A stretch of 53,989 nt of DNA from Halodesulfurarchaeum sp. (GTDB taxonomy: Archaea > Halobacteriota > Halobacteria > Halobacteriales > Halobacteriaceae), in contig JBDGUI010000042.1 in assembly GCA_042216015.1 (NCBI GenBank), positions 1 through 53,989 of the forward strand, read 5' to 3'. Of this stretch, positions 18,167-30,019 are shown one piece after another. The translations under genes were made by a program, and so were the position numbers. How positions within the stretch are numbered: position 1 is the stretch's first letter; each line of letters starts with the position of its first letter. The notes beneath the pieces were generated by a model. The model had not been told where the DNA came from and did not search any database. It saw nothing but the letters and a program-made list of their open reading frames with translations.

Positions 18167-20061
18167 GCTCGATCACCTGCGGGGGGCCGAAGGTCGGTTT
18201 CAGCCGAGGTCGCCCGGGCCTCGCCGTTCCGGACGATCTCCACGGCCTCGATCAGTTCGGCCGGCTCGATCGGATCGCCGTTGTACTTCAAGAAGCTGCC
18301 CAGGACATCGCCGTAGTCCCCGAAAACCTGCTGGATGACGCCCTTGAACTGCGCGGTGGCGTTCATCTCGACGACCAGCACGTCAGAGACGCCCTCGAGG
18401 AAGGAGGCGATCTCCTCGGTGCGGAGCGGGGCCATCTGACTCACCGCGAGGGATTTGATCGAGACGCCCTCCTCGGTCAGGCGACGGACTGCCTCCTCGA
18501 CGACACCCTTCTGTGAGCCCCACGTGAGCAGGGCCAGGTCCGCGTCCTCGTCCCCAGTGAACGTGTCCTGGGACGGCCGTTCGGCGAGATCGTCCTTCAC
18601 GACCTGAACCTTGTTCACGCGCCGATTGACCTGCTTGATCCGGTTCTTTGTGTCCTCTGCGATCTGCCCGTTGGGCCAGTGCTCGTTGCCGGTCGCGAGG
18701 AATCGTCCACCACGCTGGCCTGGCAGCGAGCGGGGATTCACGTCGGCCTCGGTTTGGGTACTGAAGCGCTCGTAGCGCCCGCCGACGTCGTGGGGCAGAT
18801 CGGCCAGTTCTTCCTCGGTCGCGACCGAGCCCAGATCGGGATTGGGCTCCTGGTCGAGGAAGCTCCGGGGCACGTTCCGGAATTCGCCGGTGAGCTGATC
18901 GTCGTAGAGGACGATCGCCGGGAGCTGGTACTCGTAGGCGAGTTCGAATGCCAGACGGGTCTGTTCGTAGCTCTCCCTGATGTTTCCGGGCGCGAAGACG
19001 ACTCTGGAGGCGTCGCCTTGACTCGTGGACAGGACGAACTCGAGGTCTGCCTGCTCGGTTTTCGTGGGCATTCCAGTCGAGGGGCCGGCCCGCTGGGCCT
19101 CGACCAGCACGAGCGGCGTCTCGGTCATCTCCGCGAGCCCGATCGACTCGGACATCAGGGAGAAGCCACCCCCAGATGAACCGGACATGGCTTTGGCCCC
19201 GGCGTGACTGGCCCCGATGGCCATCATCGAGGCGGCGATCTCGTCCTCGACCTGTTCGGCGACCCCGCCCATGTCCTCGAGTTCCCGGGACATGATGGTG
19301 AACACGTCCGTCCAGGGAGTCATCGGGTACCCCGAAACGAATCGGCAGCCCTCGTCGATCGCGCCGTAGGAGATGCCATGACTGCCCGAGAGGAGCACCT
19401 GTTCCTCCTCGTGCTCGTGCTCGGGAATCCGAAGGTCGTGAGTCCGGTCGATCTCCTCGGAGACCAACTCGTGAGCGTCCGAAAGGACCTCGAGGTTCGC
19501 GTCCAGAATGTCCCCGCCCATTGCTTCGCTCATCAGTTCCTGAATCGGATCGAGCGGCATGTCGAGGAGGGCAGCGGTCGCGCCGACGCCGGCGGTGTTG
19601 CGCATGACGTCCCGGCCGTGTTCAGTGGCGATCGACCGGAGGTCGAGCGGATAGACGTGCCAGTCGTTCTCGGCGGCGCGCTCCTCGAGGCCGTCGATCT
19701 CCTCGGGATCGAGCACGCCCGTATCGTAGACGATGACCCCGCCCTCGTTGAGGTCTTCGAGGTTCTCGTAGAGCGGTTTTTTCTTCTCGTCGCCGTAGAC
19801 GGCTCCCTCCGAGGGGTTTCGGGCGAAACTGTCACCCAGTGCGAGCAGGAAGTTGAAGCCGTCGCCACGCGAGGTGACCGGACTCTCGCTGGCCCGTACC
19901 TCGACGTAGGTGTGTCCGCCACGGATACGGGACGGGTAGTGTCGATGCGTGTAGACGTGTAACCCGTACCGCATCAGCGCCTTGGTGAAGTTCTGGCTCG
20001 TGGAGTCGATTCCGTCGCCGGAACCGCCCGCGATTCGCCAGATGAGTTCGTCCTGAGTCAT
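18163..20061 (-). CDS. porA: 2-oxoacid (pyruvate):ferredoxin oxidoreductase alpha subunit
   Basis: SRIRGGH, GYPMTP, EDEIAA, SSGGGFSLM, QRAGPSTGMPTK. Confidence 0.9.
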   Translation of the reverse strand: MTQDELIWRIAGGSGDGIDSTSQNFTKALMRYGLHVYTHRHYPSRIRGGHTYVEVRASESPVTSRGDGFNFLLALGDSFARNPSEGAVYGDEKKKPLYENLEDLNEGGVIVYDTGVLDPEEIDGLEERAAENDWHVYPLDLRSIATEHGRDVMRNTAGVGATAALLDMPLDPIQELMSEAMGGDILDANLEVLSDAHELVSEEIDRTHDLRIPEHEHEEEQVLLSGSHGISYGAIDEGCRFVSGYPMTPWTDVFTIMSRELEDMGGVAEQVEDEIAASMMAIGASHAGAKAMSGSSGGGFSLMSESIGLAEMTETPLVLVEAQRAGPSTGMPTKTEQADLEFVLSTSQGDASRVVFAPGNIRESYEQTRLAFELAYEYQLPAIVLYDDQLTGEFRNVPRSFLDQEPNPDLGSVATEEELADLPHDVGGRYERFSTQTEADVNPRSLPGQRGGRFLATGNEHWPNGQIAEDTKNRIKQVNRRVNKVQVVKDDLAERPSQDTFTGDEDADLALLTWGSQKGVVEEAVRRLTEEGVSIKSLAVSQMAPLRTEEIASFLEGVSDVLVVEMNATAQFKGVIQQVFGDYGDVLGSFLKYNGDPIEPAELIEAVEIVRNGEARATSAETDLRPPAGDRA

Positions 20062-20267
20062 AGTGACATCGGCCCGAGAGGACCGTTGGGGGTCCTTGGG
20101 CGAGCGGCAACTAAACGGTTTGCCTTCGGTCGGACGTGATTAATCGTTAAAATTCGGCAGGTATCGGCCCGGTGTGTCCGATTTGGGGAGAGCAAAATCG
20201 GATCGTTCGATCCCGAAATTGGATTTGCCAACACCGAGAATTGGAACTCGATCCGACCGATCGGTAG

Positions 20268-21344
20268 CTACTGCGCCAGGTTGCGGCGATTGAGGATGCC
20301 GACCATGTCCGCCGCCGTTCTCACGATTCCCTCGAATGACTCGGTGGCGTCGCCGTCATCGGCCATCACGATCGGTGCTCCCTCGTCTCCACCGCTTCGA
20401 ATCGCCGGATCGAGCGGGATCGAGCCGAGGAAGGGCATGTCCTTTTCCTCGGCGAAGCGCTCCCCGCCGCCGGAGCCGAAGATATCGTGTTCCGACCCGC
20501 AGTCCGGACAGACGAACGTACTCATGTTTTCCACGATCCCCAGCACCGGGGTATCGTGTTCGGCGAACATCTGGAGGCCCCGACGGGCGTCCTCGAGGGC
20601 CACGTCCTGTGGGGTCGTCACGATCACCGAGCCGGTGATCGGAATCGACTGGAGAAGCGTGAGTTGCGTGTCTCCCGTCCCGGGCGGAAGATCGATGACG
20701 AGGTAGTCGATGTCTCCCCACTGGACGTCATCGACGAGCTGGGTGAGGGTGTTGTGGACCATCGCGCCCCGCCAGATGACGGGGTCGTCCTCGCCGAGCA
20801 TCAGGCCGATGCTCATGACGCCCATACCGTGGGCTTCGACGGGCACGATCTTCTCGTCGCTCGTGGCCCGGGGCTGTTCGTCCACCCCGAGCATTCGCGG
20901 CACGTTCGGACCGTACATGTCGGCGTCGAAGATCGCGACCTCCGCCCCCAGATCGGCGAGCCCGGCCGCGAGGTTCACGGAGACGGTGCTCTTCCCCACG
21001 CCACCCTTCCCGGAGGCGACGGCGATGACGTTCGAGACCCCCGGGAGCGGCTCGGTCGAGGACTCGGTGTCGGGTCCGACGTTCTCGACGCCGATTCCCG
21101 CCGCCGTGGATTCTGCAGCGCCCGACTCGAGGGTGACCGAAAGCCCCTCACGCTCCAGGGCCTCCCGGACTTCGGCCCGGATTTTCTCCTCCGTGGGCGA
21201 GCCCATGGCCTCGAGGGCCAGTTCGACCGTGACGGTCTCACCGTCCAGGTCGATTTCGGAGACCAGGTTCTCTGAAACGATGTCTGTGCCGAGGTCGGGG
21301 TCCTCGATCCCCGACAGAATCTCCCGAACGCCGGCTTCCTGCAT
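20268..21344 (-). CDS. mrp: Mrp/ApbC (NBP35) Fe-S cluster carrier ATPase
   Basis: N-terminal DUF59-like region, ASGKGGVGKST, DLPPGTGD, ENMS..CPDC. Confidence 0.92.
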   Translation of the reverse strand: MQEAGVREILSGIEDPDLGTDIVSENLVSEIDLDGETVTVELALEAMGSPTEEKIRAEVREALEREGLSVTLESGAAESTAAGIGVENVGPDTESSTEPLPGVSNVIAVASGKGGVGKSTVSVNLAAGLADLGAEVAIFDADMYGPNVPRMLGVDEQPRATSDEKIVPVEAHGMGVMSIGLMLGEDDPVIWRGAMVHNTLTQLVDDVQWGDIDYLVIDLPPGTGDTQLTLLQSIPITGSVIVTTPQDVALEDARRGLQMFAEHDTPVLGIVENMSTFVCPDCGSEHDIFGSGGGERFAEEKDMPFLGSIPLDPAIRSGGDEGAPIVMADDGDATESFEGIVRTAADMVGILNRRNLAQ

Positions 21345-21559
21345 ACCCCGGCGTAGGCCGTGAACCGTGAATAAGGGTTGTGTTTGCCAGGAATTTCCTG
21401 CAAACAGTCCTGCACCGTCGATGAGATTTTCCCCATCGATGTCACGGCTGGGACGGAATCGTGCCTTCCAGCGTCGATCCGCCTGGACGTAACCGATAGC
21501 AGTTACGTGGCGCCCAATTCACCATCGCAGTTAAGGCAATTCGGAAAGGACTGTGACAC

Positions 21560-22597
21560 ATGCTCGAAGACGATTTCGGTCGGGAGGTCTCCCAGGTCCG
21601 GATCTCCTTGACCGATCGTTGCAATTTCGACTGTGTCTACTGTCACAATGAGGGGCTTGGAGATACGCGGGGACCGATGGACCCCCAGGAAAACGAGATG
21701 ACCGCCGACGAGGTGATCCGCTTCCTGGAGGTGGTGGCGAAGTTCGGCATCGAGAAGGTCAAATTCACCGGCGGGGAGCCGATGCTTCGCGAGGACCTCG
21801 AGGAGATCATCGAACGGGTTCCCGAGGGAATGACCCCCTCGCTGACGACCAACGGGACCTTTCTGCCAGACCGGGCCGAGGACCTGAAAGCTGCCGGACT
21901 CGAGCGGGTCAACGTCTCCCAGGACGCCCTCGACGCGGAGGCGTTCAAGGAGATCACGAAGAGCGGGGCCTACGAGCGCGTGCTCGAAGGGGTCAGGGCC
22001 GCAGTCGACGCGGGTCTGACGCCGGTCAAGCTCAATATGGTCGTCTTCGAGCGGACGGCCCACCACGTCGAGGACATGGTCGACTTCGTCGGGGAGAACG
22101 ACGGGTTGCGGCTCCAGCTCATCGAGTTCATGCCCGAGCTGGTCAACAAGCCTGAATGGGCAATCGACATCGACCGGGTGCACGACTGGCTCTCCGAGCG
22201 AGCCGATCGGGTCGAGGTCAGGGAGATGCACCACCGGAATCGCTACTGGGTCGACGGCGGCATGGTCGAGATCGTCGACCCAGTCGAGAACCGCGAGTTC
22301 TGCGAGAACTGCCATCGCGTGCGGGTGACCCCGGACGGCCGGCTCAAGGGCTGTCTCAACCGGACGGATGACCTTCGCTCGATGGGCGAAATGAACCGCG
22401 AGGAGATCGAGGCCACGTTCAGGGAGACGGTCGCGAACCGCGTTCCCTACTACGGCGCGTACATGGTGAAAGACGAAGACGGCGAGTGGGTCGAAAACGA
22501 GGCCTACGCGAATTCGGCGACCGATGCCGAGAAGACAACCGACCCGGAGACGACCGAGATCCCGATTTCCGCCCCGGTTCCCGCAGAGGACGACTGA
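21560..22597 (+). CDS. moaA: GTP 3',8-cyclase (molybdopterin biosynthesis)
   Basis: [22 protein letters not shown]-terminal [18 protein letters not shown]. Confidence 0.95.
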   Translation: MLEDDFGREVSQVRISLTDRCNFDCVYCHNEGLGDTRGPMDPQENEMTADEVIRFLEVVAKFGIEKVKFTGGEPMLREDLEEIIERVPEGMTPSLTTNGTFLPDRAEDLKAAGLERVNVSQDALDAEAFKEITKSGAYERVLEGVRAAVDAGLTPVKLNMVVFERTAHHVEDMVDFVGENDGLRLQLIEFMPELVNKPEWAIDIDRVHDWLSERADRVEVREMHHRNRYWVDGGMVEIVDPVENREFCENCHRVRVTPDGRLKGCLNRTDDLRSMGEMNREEIEATFRETVANRVPYYGAYMVKDEDGEWVENEAYANSATDAEKTTDPETTEIPISAPVPAEDD

Positions 22598-22655
22598 AAA
22601 TCGGGTCGGGCATGCCCACTGTCCGGCGAACGAGGAGACCACTCATCGCCCCTTC

Positions 22656-24446
22656 CTACGTGGAAAGCGGCAACCGGAGTTCGAACACCGTTCCGGTCGG
22701 TTCGTTGTCTCGGACGACGACTGACCCGCCATACCGGTTCAGGAGCGTCCGCACGAGATACAGTCCCAGCCCGGTTCCCTCGCTCTCGATCCCGGTCCGT
22801 CCCTGCTCGAAGATCCGCTCGCGGTCGGCCTCGGGAATGCCGGGGCCGTTGTCGGCGATTTCGACGACCGCCTCGTTCCCATCCAGTTCGGCAGCGACCA
22901 CCACCTCGGGGCTCGAGCGATCGTTGTGCTGGATCGCGTTCGTGAGCAGGTTTCGAAAGACCGATCCCAGCATGTCGTCCGCCCGGACGTCGACGTCGGG
23001 GATCGATCCCACCTCGAGTTCGATGTCGCGGTGACTCGTGCGGACGTCCTCGACCTGGCGCTGCAGGCTCCCCTCGAGACCGACTGGGACCGGATCGACG
23101 TCCGTCTGGAGCATGACCTCGGTGACCTCCCTGGCCGACTCGGTCATCTCGACGGCATTGTGCGTCGCCTCGAGGGCCCTCTCGAGGTGCCCATCTCCCG
23201 GACCGTCGTCCGTGAGAGCCATCCGGAGATATGAGCGCACCAGTTGCAGGTCGTTCCGGATGTCGTGTCGGACCACCTGATTGAGAATTTCTAGGTTGTC
23301 CCGCTGTGTTTCGAGTGTTCGCTCGTATTCCTTGAGCTCGGTGACGTCCTGGGCGACGGCGACGTACTTGCGGACCGCCCCATCCTCGCCGGTGATCGGT
23401 GAGACCGTCTGGTGGAGGACGAGTCTGCCGCCATCAGCCCGCTCGTCGACCATCTCCGTCTCGATGGTCTCCCCCGACTTGATCGTCTCCCAGAAGGCCT
23501 CGTAGAACTCCTCCCCGTAGGTCCCTGACTGGAGGACCCGGGGAGTCTCACCGAGGACTGCGGCCTCGTCGTATCCGGTCACGGCTTCGAAAGCGGGATT
23601 GACGTATTCGATCCGGCCATCCGGGTCGGTGATGTACACCGCGTGGGCGGTCTGCTCGACCGCCTTCCTGAACTGCTGTAACTCGAGTTCCTTTTCCCGG
23701 CGCTTCATGATGTCGATCACGTACCCGAAGAGCTGTTCATCCCCGGTCACGGGATCGGAGATGGTGCGCGTGTGCTCCAGTACCCATCGATACTCCCCCT
23801 CCCGGGTTTCGACCCGGTACGGATCGTGGCCCAGCCGGTCGAGATTCCCATTCGTGTACTTCCGGGCTTCGGTGCGGAGGTGGGCCAGGTCCGCCTGATG
23901 GACCAACTCGGCGTAATTGCGCTCAGATTCGAGTTCCTCGGGCGAATAGCCAAGGACGTCCTCGACGTTCTCGGAGACGAACTCGATCGGCCAGTCGGGA
24001 TCGGTCCCCCAGCGGAAGATGACCGCCGGTCCCTGGACGAAGGCCTGACGCTCGGCAGTCAGGTTCCGGTCGGCACGGGCCCGACTGACGGCGCGGTCGA
24101 CCCGGTCCGCAAGGGATTCGGGTTCGATCGAGTCCGCCGGCACGTACTCGGTCACGCCCTCCCGAGTGGCCTCGGCGGCAATCGCCTCCGAACCAGCCGA
24201 CACGACGAGAAAGTAGGGAAGCGACGGCCATTCCTCACGAACCCGTGAGAGCAGTTCGATCCCGCCACCCGCGTCGAGTCGATGGGTGGCAACGACGCAG
24301 TCGATCGCCTGTTCGGAGAGGGCCTCGACGGCCGTCTCCGGTTCGGTCCCACGAACGACCTCGACCGACGCGAGAGCCTCCTGGAGGGCGCCGATCGGAT
24401 CGGTCTCGGAGTCCGACACTGCCAGGACCCGAATCGGACGACTCAT
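22656..24446 (-). CDS. Receiver-like/PAS/PAS sensor histidine kinase
   Basis: Degenerate REC domain, two PAS domains, H-box RHDIRNDL, N-box NLLTNAIQH, DNGPGI, GTGLGL. Confidence 0.9.
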   Translation of the reverse strand: MSRPIRVLAVSDSETDPIGALQEALASVEVVRGTEPETAVEALSEQAIDCVVATHRLDAGGGIELLSRVREEWPSLPYFLVVSAGSEAIAAEATREGVTEYVPADSIEPESLADRVDRAVSRARADRNLTAERQAFVQGPAVIFRWGTDPDWPIEFVSENVEDVLGYSPEELESERNYAELVHQADLAHLRTEARKYTNGNLDRLGHDPYRVETREGEYRWVLEHTRTISDPVTGDEQLFGYVIDIMKRREKELELQQFRKAVEQTAHAVYITDPDGRIEYVNPAFEAVTGYDEAAVLGETPRVLQSGTYGEEFYEAFWETIKSGETIETEMVDERADGGRLVLHQTVSPITGEDGAVRKYVAVAQDVTELKEYERTLETQRDNLEILNQVVRHDIRNDLQLVRSYLRMALTDDGPGDGHLERALEATHNAVEMTESAREVTEVMLQTDVDPVPVGLEGSLQRQVEDVRTSHRDIELEVGSIPDVDVRADDMLGSVFRNLLTNAIQHNDRSSPEVVVAAELDGNEAVVEIADNGPGIPEADRERIFEQGRTGIESEGTGLGLYLVRTLLNRYGGSVVVRDNEPTGTVFELRLPLST

Positions 24447-24539
24447 CGGTCGGGAATAGCCGCGAGATCGGTGATGAACCTGTGGGCCACGTTCGAGCCG
24501 CGGGGCAACACCCCGAGAAGTGGACATCGAATTGGGTCG

Positions 24540-24592
24540 TTCTCGTGCCTGAAGTGTGTCGGTACTTCTCGTGCCTGAAATGTGTCGGTACT
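24540..24592 (+). repeat. 26-bp tandem duplication
   Basis: TTCTCGTGCCTGAA(G/A)TGTGTCGGTAC twice, with one mismatch. Confidence 0.9.
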
Positions 24593-24763
24593 CGACCGTG
24601 GTCGGGCGGGCCCAGGAACGCGTCGCAGACGATTCGAACGAAAGAGCCGGCTCCGTCGGCGGTCGTTCCGAGGGACTTAAGTGCCGGAGGCAGATAACTC
24701 AGTTTGCAGGTACTGTAGGGGTGTACGCCCCGAGTCCACACGGGCGAAGATACGAAACCGCGC

Positions 24764-24846
24764 GTCGTGGTAGCCTAGCCTGGTCAAGGCGCAGGGTTGC
24801 TAACTCTGTGGCGTAAGCCTCCGGGGTTCAAATCCCCGCCACGACG
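24764..24846 (+). tRNA. tRNA-Ser (anticodon GCT)
   Basis: GTCGTGG/CCACGAC acceptor stem, CAGGG-TT-GCT-AA-CTCTG, long variable arm, GGTTCAAATCC. Confidence 0.96.
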
Positions 24847-24862
24847 CTTTCGACACCAAACT

Positions 24863-25366
24863 ATGAGCACGGAAGACACAGAGGAGGCGGACGAGGACAT
24901 TCGATACTTCGTCCGCATCGGACAGACCGACCTCGACGGGACGAAGTCCGTCGAGCGTGCCCTCACCGAAATGAAAGGCATCGGACGACGGGCGGCACGA
25001 GTCATCGCCGAGGCGGCCGACGTCGATCGGACGGCCACGTTCGGTGCCCTCGACGACGACACGATCGATTCCGTCGTCGAGGCCGTCGAGGACTTCGACA
25101 GTCACGTCCCCGACTGGCTCACCAACCGTCAGAACGACTTCTACACCGGCGACAGCAGCCATCTCACTGGCGCTGACGTCGAGCTCACGCGCGACGAGGA
25201 CATCAACCGGATGCGCATGATCCGGTCCTATCGCGGGGTGCGCCACGAGCGCGGCCAGAAGGTCCGCGGCCAGCGCACGAAGTCCACCGGCCGGACGGAG
25301 GGCACGATCGGCGTGAACGTCGAGGAGATTCGGGAAGAACAGGCAGAAGAGGAGGCGGGTGAATAA
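24863..25366 (+). CDS. rps13: 30S ribosomal protein S13
   Basis: [23 protein letters not shown]. Confidence 0.97.
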   Translation: MSTEDTEEADEDIRYFVRIGQTDLDGTKSVERALTEMKGIGRRAARVIAEAADVDRTATFGALDDDTIDSVVEAVEDFDSHVPDWLTNRQNDFYTGDSSHLTGADVELTRDEDINRMRMIRSYRGVRHERGQKVRGQRTKSTGRTEGTIGVNVEEIREEQAEEEAGE

Positions 25367-25878
25367 TGGCGCTTCCAGGAGAGAACACCAAGTTCTACGA
25401 GACGCCGAATCACCCCTATCAGGGCGAGCGGATCGCCGAGGAGGGCGATCTGGTCGGCCGCTACGGGCTGAAGAACAAGGAGGAGGTCTGGCGCGCCCAG
25501 TCCGAACTCCGCAACTACCGCCGGGAGGCCCGACGACTCCTCGGCCGCAGCGAGGAGGAGTCGAGTGAAGAGTTCATTCAACGGCTCCGTCGCATCGGCG
25601 TCCTCGACGCCGACGAGGCCCTCGACGACGTCCTGTCACTCGACGTGACCGACGTTCTCGAGCGCCGGCTTCAGACGGTGGTCTACCGCAAGGGACTGGC
25701 CAACACCGTCTCCCAGGCCCGCCAGTTCGTCAACCATGGCCACATCACGATCGACGGGCGGCGTGTCACCACGCCGTCCTACACGGTCGAGGTGGACGAG
25801 GAGGACGCCATTTCGTTCGACGAGGAAAGCGCACTCGCGGACGAACTCCACCCCGAACGCGCATCCGCACAGGAGTGA
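25366..25878 (+). CDS. rps4: 30S ribosomal protein S4
   Basis: [33 protein letters not shown]. Confidence 0.97.
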   Translation: MALPGENTKFYETPNHPYQGERIAEEGDLVGRYGLKNKEEVWRAQSELRNYRREARRLLGRSEEESSEEFIQRLRRIGVLDADEALDDVLSLDVTDVLERRLQTVVYRKGLANTVSQARQFVNHGHITIDGRRVTTPSYTVEVDEEDAISFDEESALADELHPERASAQE

Positions 25879-25884
25879 TCATAC

Positions 25885-26271
25885 ATGGCAACTGAGGATT
25901 CCACGTGGGGTATCGCTCACATCCACGCCTCGTTCAACAACACGATCATGACCATCACCGACCAGACCGGGGCCGAGACCCTGGCGAAGTCGAGCGGTGG
26001 CGCGGTCGTGAAGCAGAACCGAGACGAGGCATCGCCGTACGCGGCCATGCAGATGGCCGAGCAGATCGCCGAGAACGTGATGGAGCAAGGCATCGAAGGC
26101 GTCCACGTCCGAGTTCGTGGACCCGGCGGCAACCAACAGCAGAACCCCGGCCCCGGAGCCCAGGCCGCCATCCGGGCCCTCGCACGAGCGGGACTCGAGA
26201 TCGGGCGGATCGAGGACGTCACCCCGATCCCCCACGACGGCACCCGGGCGCCAAAGAACGCGGGCTTCTAA
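25885..26271 (+). CDS. rps11: 30S ribosomal protein S11
   Basis: [28 protein letters not shown]. Confidence 0.97.
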   Translation: MATEDSTWGIAHIHASFNNTIMTITDQTGAETLAKSSGGAVVKQNRDEASPYAAMQMAEQIAENVMEQGIEGVHVRVRGPGGNQQQNPGPGAQAAIRALARAGLEIGRIEDVTPIPHDGTRAPKNAGF

Positions 26272-26272
26272 C

Positions 26273-27019
26273 ATGACAGATACCTTCGAGGTCGCGTTCA
26301 TCGAGTCCGCCGATCGGGAAGCGGAGTTCCTGGTCAGGGGGCTCACCCCGGACCTGGCAAACGGCATCAGGCGGGCCATCCTGGCCGACGTGCCCACCCT
26401 CTCGATCGATACGGTCCGGTTCGTCGAGAACTCCAGTGTGATGTTCGACGAACAGATCGCCCTGCGGCTGGGCCTGATCCCGCTTTCCACGCCCGAGGGC
26501 GAATTCGAGGAGGGCGACGTCGTCACGTTGGCCCTCGACGTCGAGGGACCCGACACGGCGTACTCCGGCGACCTCGTGTCCGCTGACCCGATGGTCGAAC
26601 CCGCCGAGACGGAGATTCCGATCATCGACCTCAAGGAGGGCCAGCGACTCGAGATCGAGGCCGACGCCGTTCTCGGGACCGGTCGCGACCACGCCAAACA
26701 CCAGGGCGGAGTCGCCGTCGGCTATCGCCACCTTCAGCAGGTCGAGACACTCGGCAAGGCGGACGAGTACGGCTCCGAGGAGCGCGAGATCGTTCGCGGA
26801 GTGATCGAGGAGGACGGCGAACTGATTCCGGCCGAAGCATTCGACAACGACCTCCGGAACCGCTATCCGGACACGGAGGTCGCCGTCCACGACGTCGAGA
26901 ACGCCTTCGTCTTCCACGTCGAGTCGGACGGCTCGATGCCCGTGACCGAGCTGGTCACCCGGGCAATCGGGTCGCTTCACGACCGCGCTGACGAACTGGA
27001 AGCCGCCGTTTCACTGTAA
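26273..27019 (+). CDS. rpoD: RNA polymerase subunit D (Rpo3)
   Basis: [39 protein letters not shown]. Confidence 0.96.
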   Translation: MTDTFEVAFIESADREAEFLVRGLTPDLANGIRRAILADVPTLSIDTVRFVENSSVMFDEQIALRLGLIPLSTPEGEFEEGDVVTLALDVEGPDTAYSGDLVSADPMVEPAETEIPIIDLKEGQRLEIEADAVLGTGRDHAKHQGGVAVGYRHLQQVETLGKADEYGSEEREIVRGVIEEDGELIPAEAFDNDLRNRYPDTEVAVHDVENAFVFHVESDGSMPVTELVTRAIGSLHDRADELEAAVSL

Positions 27020-27142
27020 CGATGAACCAGTCCACCCCTTCAACCGCGACGGTCGACCCGACCCCGGGAGCGACCGCGTCGCGCCCGACCGAAACGGGTT
27101 TGAAGGGGCGGACCAAACCACGTATCGCGAGCGAAACCACGT

Positions 27143-27227
27143 GCAGGGGTAGCCGAGTCAGGCCAAAGGCGCAGCGTTCAGGGCGCTGTCCCGTAGGGGT
27201 TCGCAGGTTCAAATCCTGCTCCCTGCA
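27143..27227 (+). tRNA. tRNA-Leu (anticodon CAG)
   Basis: GCAGGGG/TCCCTGC acceptor stem, CAGCG-TT-CAG-GG-CGCTG, variable arm, GGTTCAAATCC. Confidence 0.96.
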
Positions 27228-27251
27228 CTCACCACACTTTTCCACACCGTA

Positions 27252-27605
27252 ATGAGCAAGACAAGTCCGAGACTCAGCGATCTCGTCGCCGAATGCAAGT
27301 CCGTGGCCCGGGAAACGGGCGCGGACGTCTGGCGGGACGTGGCCGGTCGGCTCGAGAAGCCGCGCCGGTCCCACGCCGAGGTCAACCTGAGTCGAATCGA
27401 ACGGTACGCACGCGAGGACGAGACGGTCGTCGTCCCGGGCAAGGTGCTCGGGTCAGGCGCACTGCGGAAGTCGGTCACCGTCGCGGCGGTCGACTTCTCC
27501 TCCTCTGCGCGCTCAAAGATCGAGCACGCGGAGGGTGAAGTCCTCGAACTCGAACAGGCACTCGAACAACATCCGGAGGGGGCAGAGATGCGGGTGATCG
27601 CATGA
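27252..27605 (+). CDS. rpl18e: 50S ribosomal protein L18e
   Basis: [21 protein letters not shown]. Confidence 0.96.
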   Translation: MSKTSPRLSDLVAECKSVARETGADVWRDVAGRLEKPRRSHAEVNLSRIERYAREDETVVVPGKVLGSGALRKSVTVAAVDFSSSARSKIEHAEGEVLELEQALEQHPEGAEMRVIA

Positions 27606-28039
27606 GTCTCGCCGAATTCGACGCCGACCTGGTCGTCGACGCCCGGGACTGTGTGCTCGGCCGCGTCGCGACCCAGGTGGCAGAGCGGGCCCTCGATGGC
27701 GACCGCGTCGCGGTCGTCAACGCCGAGGAGAGCGTCATCACGGGTCGCCGCGAGGACATCCTCTCGAAGTTCGAGGATCGCGCCGAGCTCGGATCGGACC
27801 GCGGGCCCGCCTACCCGCGCCGGCCCGACCGGATCTTCAAGCGCAGCGTGCGCGGCATGGTCCCCTTCAAGAAGGAGGCCGGCCGCGAGGCGCTCTCGAA
27901 CGTCCGCATCTACGTGGGCAACCCCCACGAGAAGGACGCCACGGTCCTCGAGGACACCTCGATCGATCGCCTCTCGACCACCCGCTTTGTCACTCTCGGT
28001 GAAGTGGCAGCACACCTCGGAGCGAACGTCACATGGTAA
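27602..28039 (+). CDS. rpl13: 50S ribosomal protein L13
   Basis: [29 protein letters not shown]. Confidence 0.96.
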   Translation: MSLAEFDADLVVDARDCVLGRVATQVAERALDGDRVAVVNAEESVITGRREDILSKFEDRAELGSDRGPAYPRRPDRIFKRSVRGMVPFKKEAGREALSNVRIYVGNPHEKDATVLEDTSIDRLSTTRFVTLGEVAAHLGANVTW

Positions 28040-28431
28040 CAAACACGAGCGGCAAGAAGAAAACGGCCATCGCCCGGGCGACCGTGAGCGATGGGGAGGG
28101 TCGTGTGCGAATCAACTCGACGCCGATCGAACTCGTCGAGCCCGAAATGGCCCGGCTCAAGATGCTCGAGCCGTTCCGGATCGCCGAGGAACAGCTGCGC
28201 GAGGACGTCGACATCGACGTGACCGTGGAGGGCGGCGGCTTTGCCGGCCAGGCCGATGCCGTCCGGACGGCCATCTCCCGCGGCCTGGTCCAGTTCTACG
28301 GCGACGCCGAACTCCGGGACGCGTTCATGGAGTTCGACCGCACGCTGCTGGTCAACGACGTCCGGCAGCCCGAACCCAAGAAGTGGGGCGGCCCGGGGGC
28401 ACGGGCGCGCTACCAGAAGTCCTACAGGTGA
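28033..28431 (+). CDS. rps9: 30S ribosomal protein S9
   Basis: [29 protein letters not shown]. Confidence 0.97.
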   Translation: MVTNTSGKKKTAIARATVSDGEGRVRINSTPIELVEPEMARLKMLEPFRIAEEQLREDVDIDVTVEGGGFAGQADAVRTAISRGLVQFYGDAELRDAFMEFDRTLLVNDVRQPEPKKWGGPGARARYQKSYR

Positions 28432-28438
28432 TCCAGTC

Positions 28439-28639
28439 ATGATGGTCCCAGTCCGCTGTTTCACGTGCGGCAACACGGTGGGCGAATACTGGGAGGAGTA
28501 CCAGACCCGCGCGGCCACGTTGGACGGCGACGAGGACCCCGAAGCTGTGCTCGATGACCTGGGCGTCGAACGACACTGCTGTCGTCGGATGCTCGTCTCC
28601 CACGAGGATCTGGTCGACGTCGTCTCGCCCTACCAGTAA
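28439..28639 (+). CDS. rpoN: RNA polymerase subunit N (Rpo10)
   Basis: [11 protein letters not shown]...[15 protein letters not shown]. Confidence 0.97.
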   Translation: MMVPVRCFTCGNTVGEYWEEYQTRAATLDGDEDPEAVLDDLGVERHCCRRMLVSHEDLVDVVSPYQ

Positions 28640-28640
28640 C

Positions 28641-28823
28641 ATGTCCAGTCAAGAACACTACAACCGGTACGAGAAGGCCCGGATCCTCGGCGCGCGGGCG
28701 CTGCAAATCTCATTTGGCGCCCCGGTGCTGATCGACACCGATCAGTCAGAGCCGATCCTCATCGCGGCCGAGGAGTACGACGCGTCGGTCCTTCCGTTCA
28801 CGGTCCGACGGGAGCGGACATGA
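28641..28823 (+). CDS. rpoK: RNA polymerase subunit K (Rpo6)
   Basis: [20 protein letters not shown]. Confidence 0.96.
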   Translation: MSSQEHYNRYEKARILGARALQISFGAPVLIDTDQSEPILIAAEEYDASVLPFTVRRERT

Positions 28824-30019
28824 CGCTGATCGAAAGCGTCTCCCTGCGTCCGATTCTCGACTCGCGTGGCAACCGGACGGTCGAGGCCGAGGTGCGAACG
28901 GTCTCGGGCGGATTCGGTCGAGCGGCCGCGCCGAGTGGCGCCTCTACTGGCGAGCACGAGGCCATCGAGCGGCCCGTCGAGGAGGCTATCGCCGCGGCTC
29001 GGGAACACGCCGTTCCCCGACTCGAGGAGAATGCCTACGCGGGCGACCAGCGCGAGGTCGACCAACTGCTCCACGCCGCGGACGGCACCAACGACTTCAG
29101 CCAGATCGGCGCGAACAGCGCCGTCGCCATCAGCATGGCCGCTGCGAAGGCCGCAGCCGACGTGCTCGGGGCGCCGCTGTACCAGCACCTCGGTGGCGCG
29201 TTTCGCGGCCGGTCCTTCCCGATTCCACTCGGGAACGTGATCGGCGGCGGCGAGCACGCCGCCGAGGCGACGGCGATCCAGGAGTTCCTCGCGGCGCCGG
29301 TGGGGGCCCCGAGTGTTCGCAAGGCGGTCTTCGCGAACGCCACGGTCCACCAGACGGTTGGCGAGTTGCTCGAGGAGCGCGGCTACGCCCCGGCGAAGGG
29401 CGACGAGGGCGCGTGGGCGCCCGCCATCACCGAGGGAGAGGCCTTCGAGGTGATGGCCGAGGCAACCGGGCAGGTGGCAGAATCGGTCGGCTTCGAGATC
29501 GGCTTCGGCCTCGACGTGGCGGCCGCCGAACTCTACGAAGACGGCGTGTACCACTACGGGGAGGAAACGAAATCCACCGACGAGCAGATCGAGTACGTCG
29601 ACGAGATGGTCGACGAATACGATCTGGTCTACGTCGAGGATCCCCTCGACGAGAACGACTTCGAGGGCTTCGCCCGCCTCACCGAACGGGTCGGGTCCCG
29701 GACGCTGATCTGCGGGGACGACCTGTTCGTGACCAACACCGACCGCATCGAGACGGGGATCGAGCAGGGCGCGGCAAACAGCGTCCTGATCAAGCCGAAC
29801 CAGATTGGCACCCTCAGCGACACGGTCGACGCCATCGAACTCGCCCAGCGGTCCGGCTACGACCCGGTCGTCTCCCACCGATCGGGAGAGACCGAGGACA
29901 CCACCATCGCACACCTCGCCGTGGCGACCGACGCCCCGTTCATCAAGACCGGGACCGTCGGCGGCGAGCGAACCGCCAAACTCAACGAACTCATCCGAAT
30001 CGGCGACGGTACATCATGA
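28820..30019 (+). CDS. eno: Enolase
   Basis: [36 protein letters not shown]. Confidence 0.96.
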   Translation: MTLIESVSLRPILDSRGNRTVEAEVRTVSGGFGRAAAPSGASTGEHEAIERPVEEAIAAAREHAVPRLEENAYAGDQREVDQLLHAADGTNDFSQIGANSAVAISMAAAKAAADVLGAPLYQHLGGAFRGRSFPIPLGNVIGGGEHAAEATAIQEFLAAPVGAPSVRKAVFANATVHQTVGELLEERGYAPAKGDEGAWAPAITEGEAFEVMAEATGQVAESVGFEIGFGLDVAAAELYEDGVYHYGEETKSTDEQIEYVDEMVDEYDLVYVEDPLDENDFEGFARLTERVGSRTLICGDDLFVTNTDRIETGIEQGAANSVLIKPNQIGTLSDTVDAIELAQRSGYDPVVSHRSGETEDTTIAHLAVATDAPFIKTGTVGGERTAKLNELIRIGDGTS

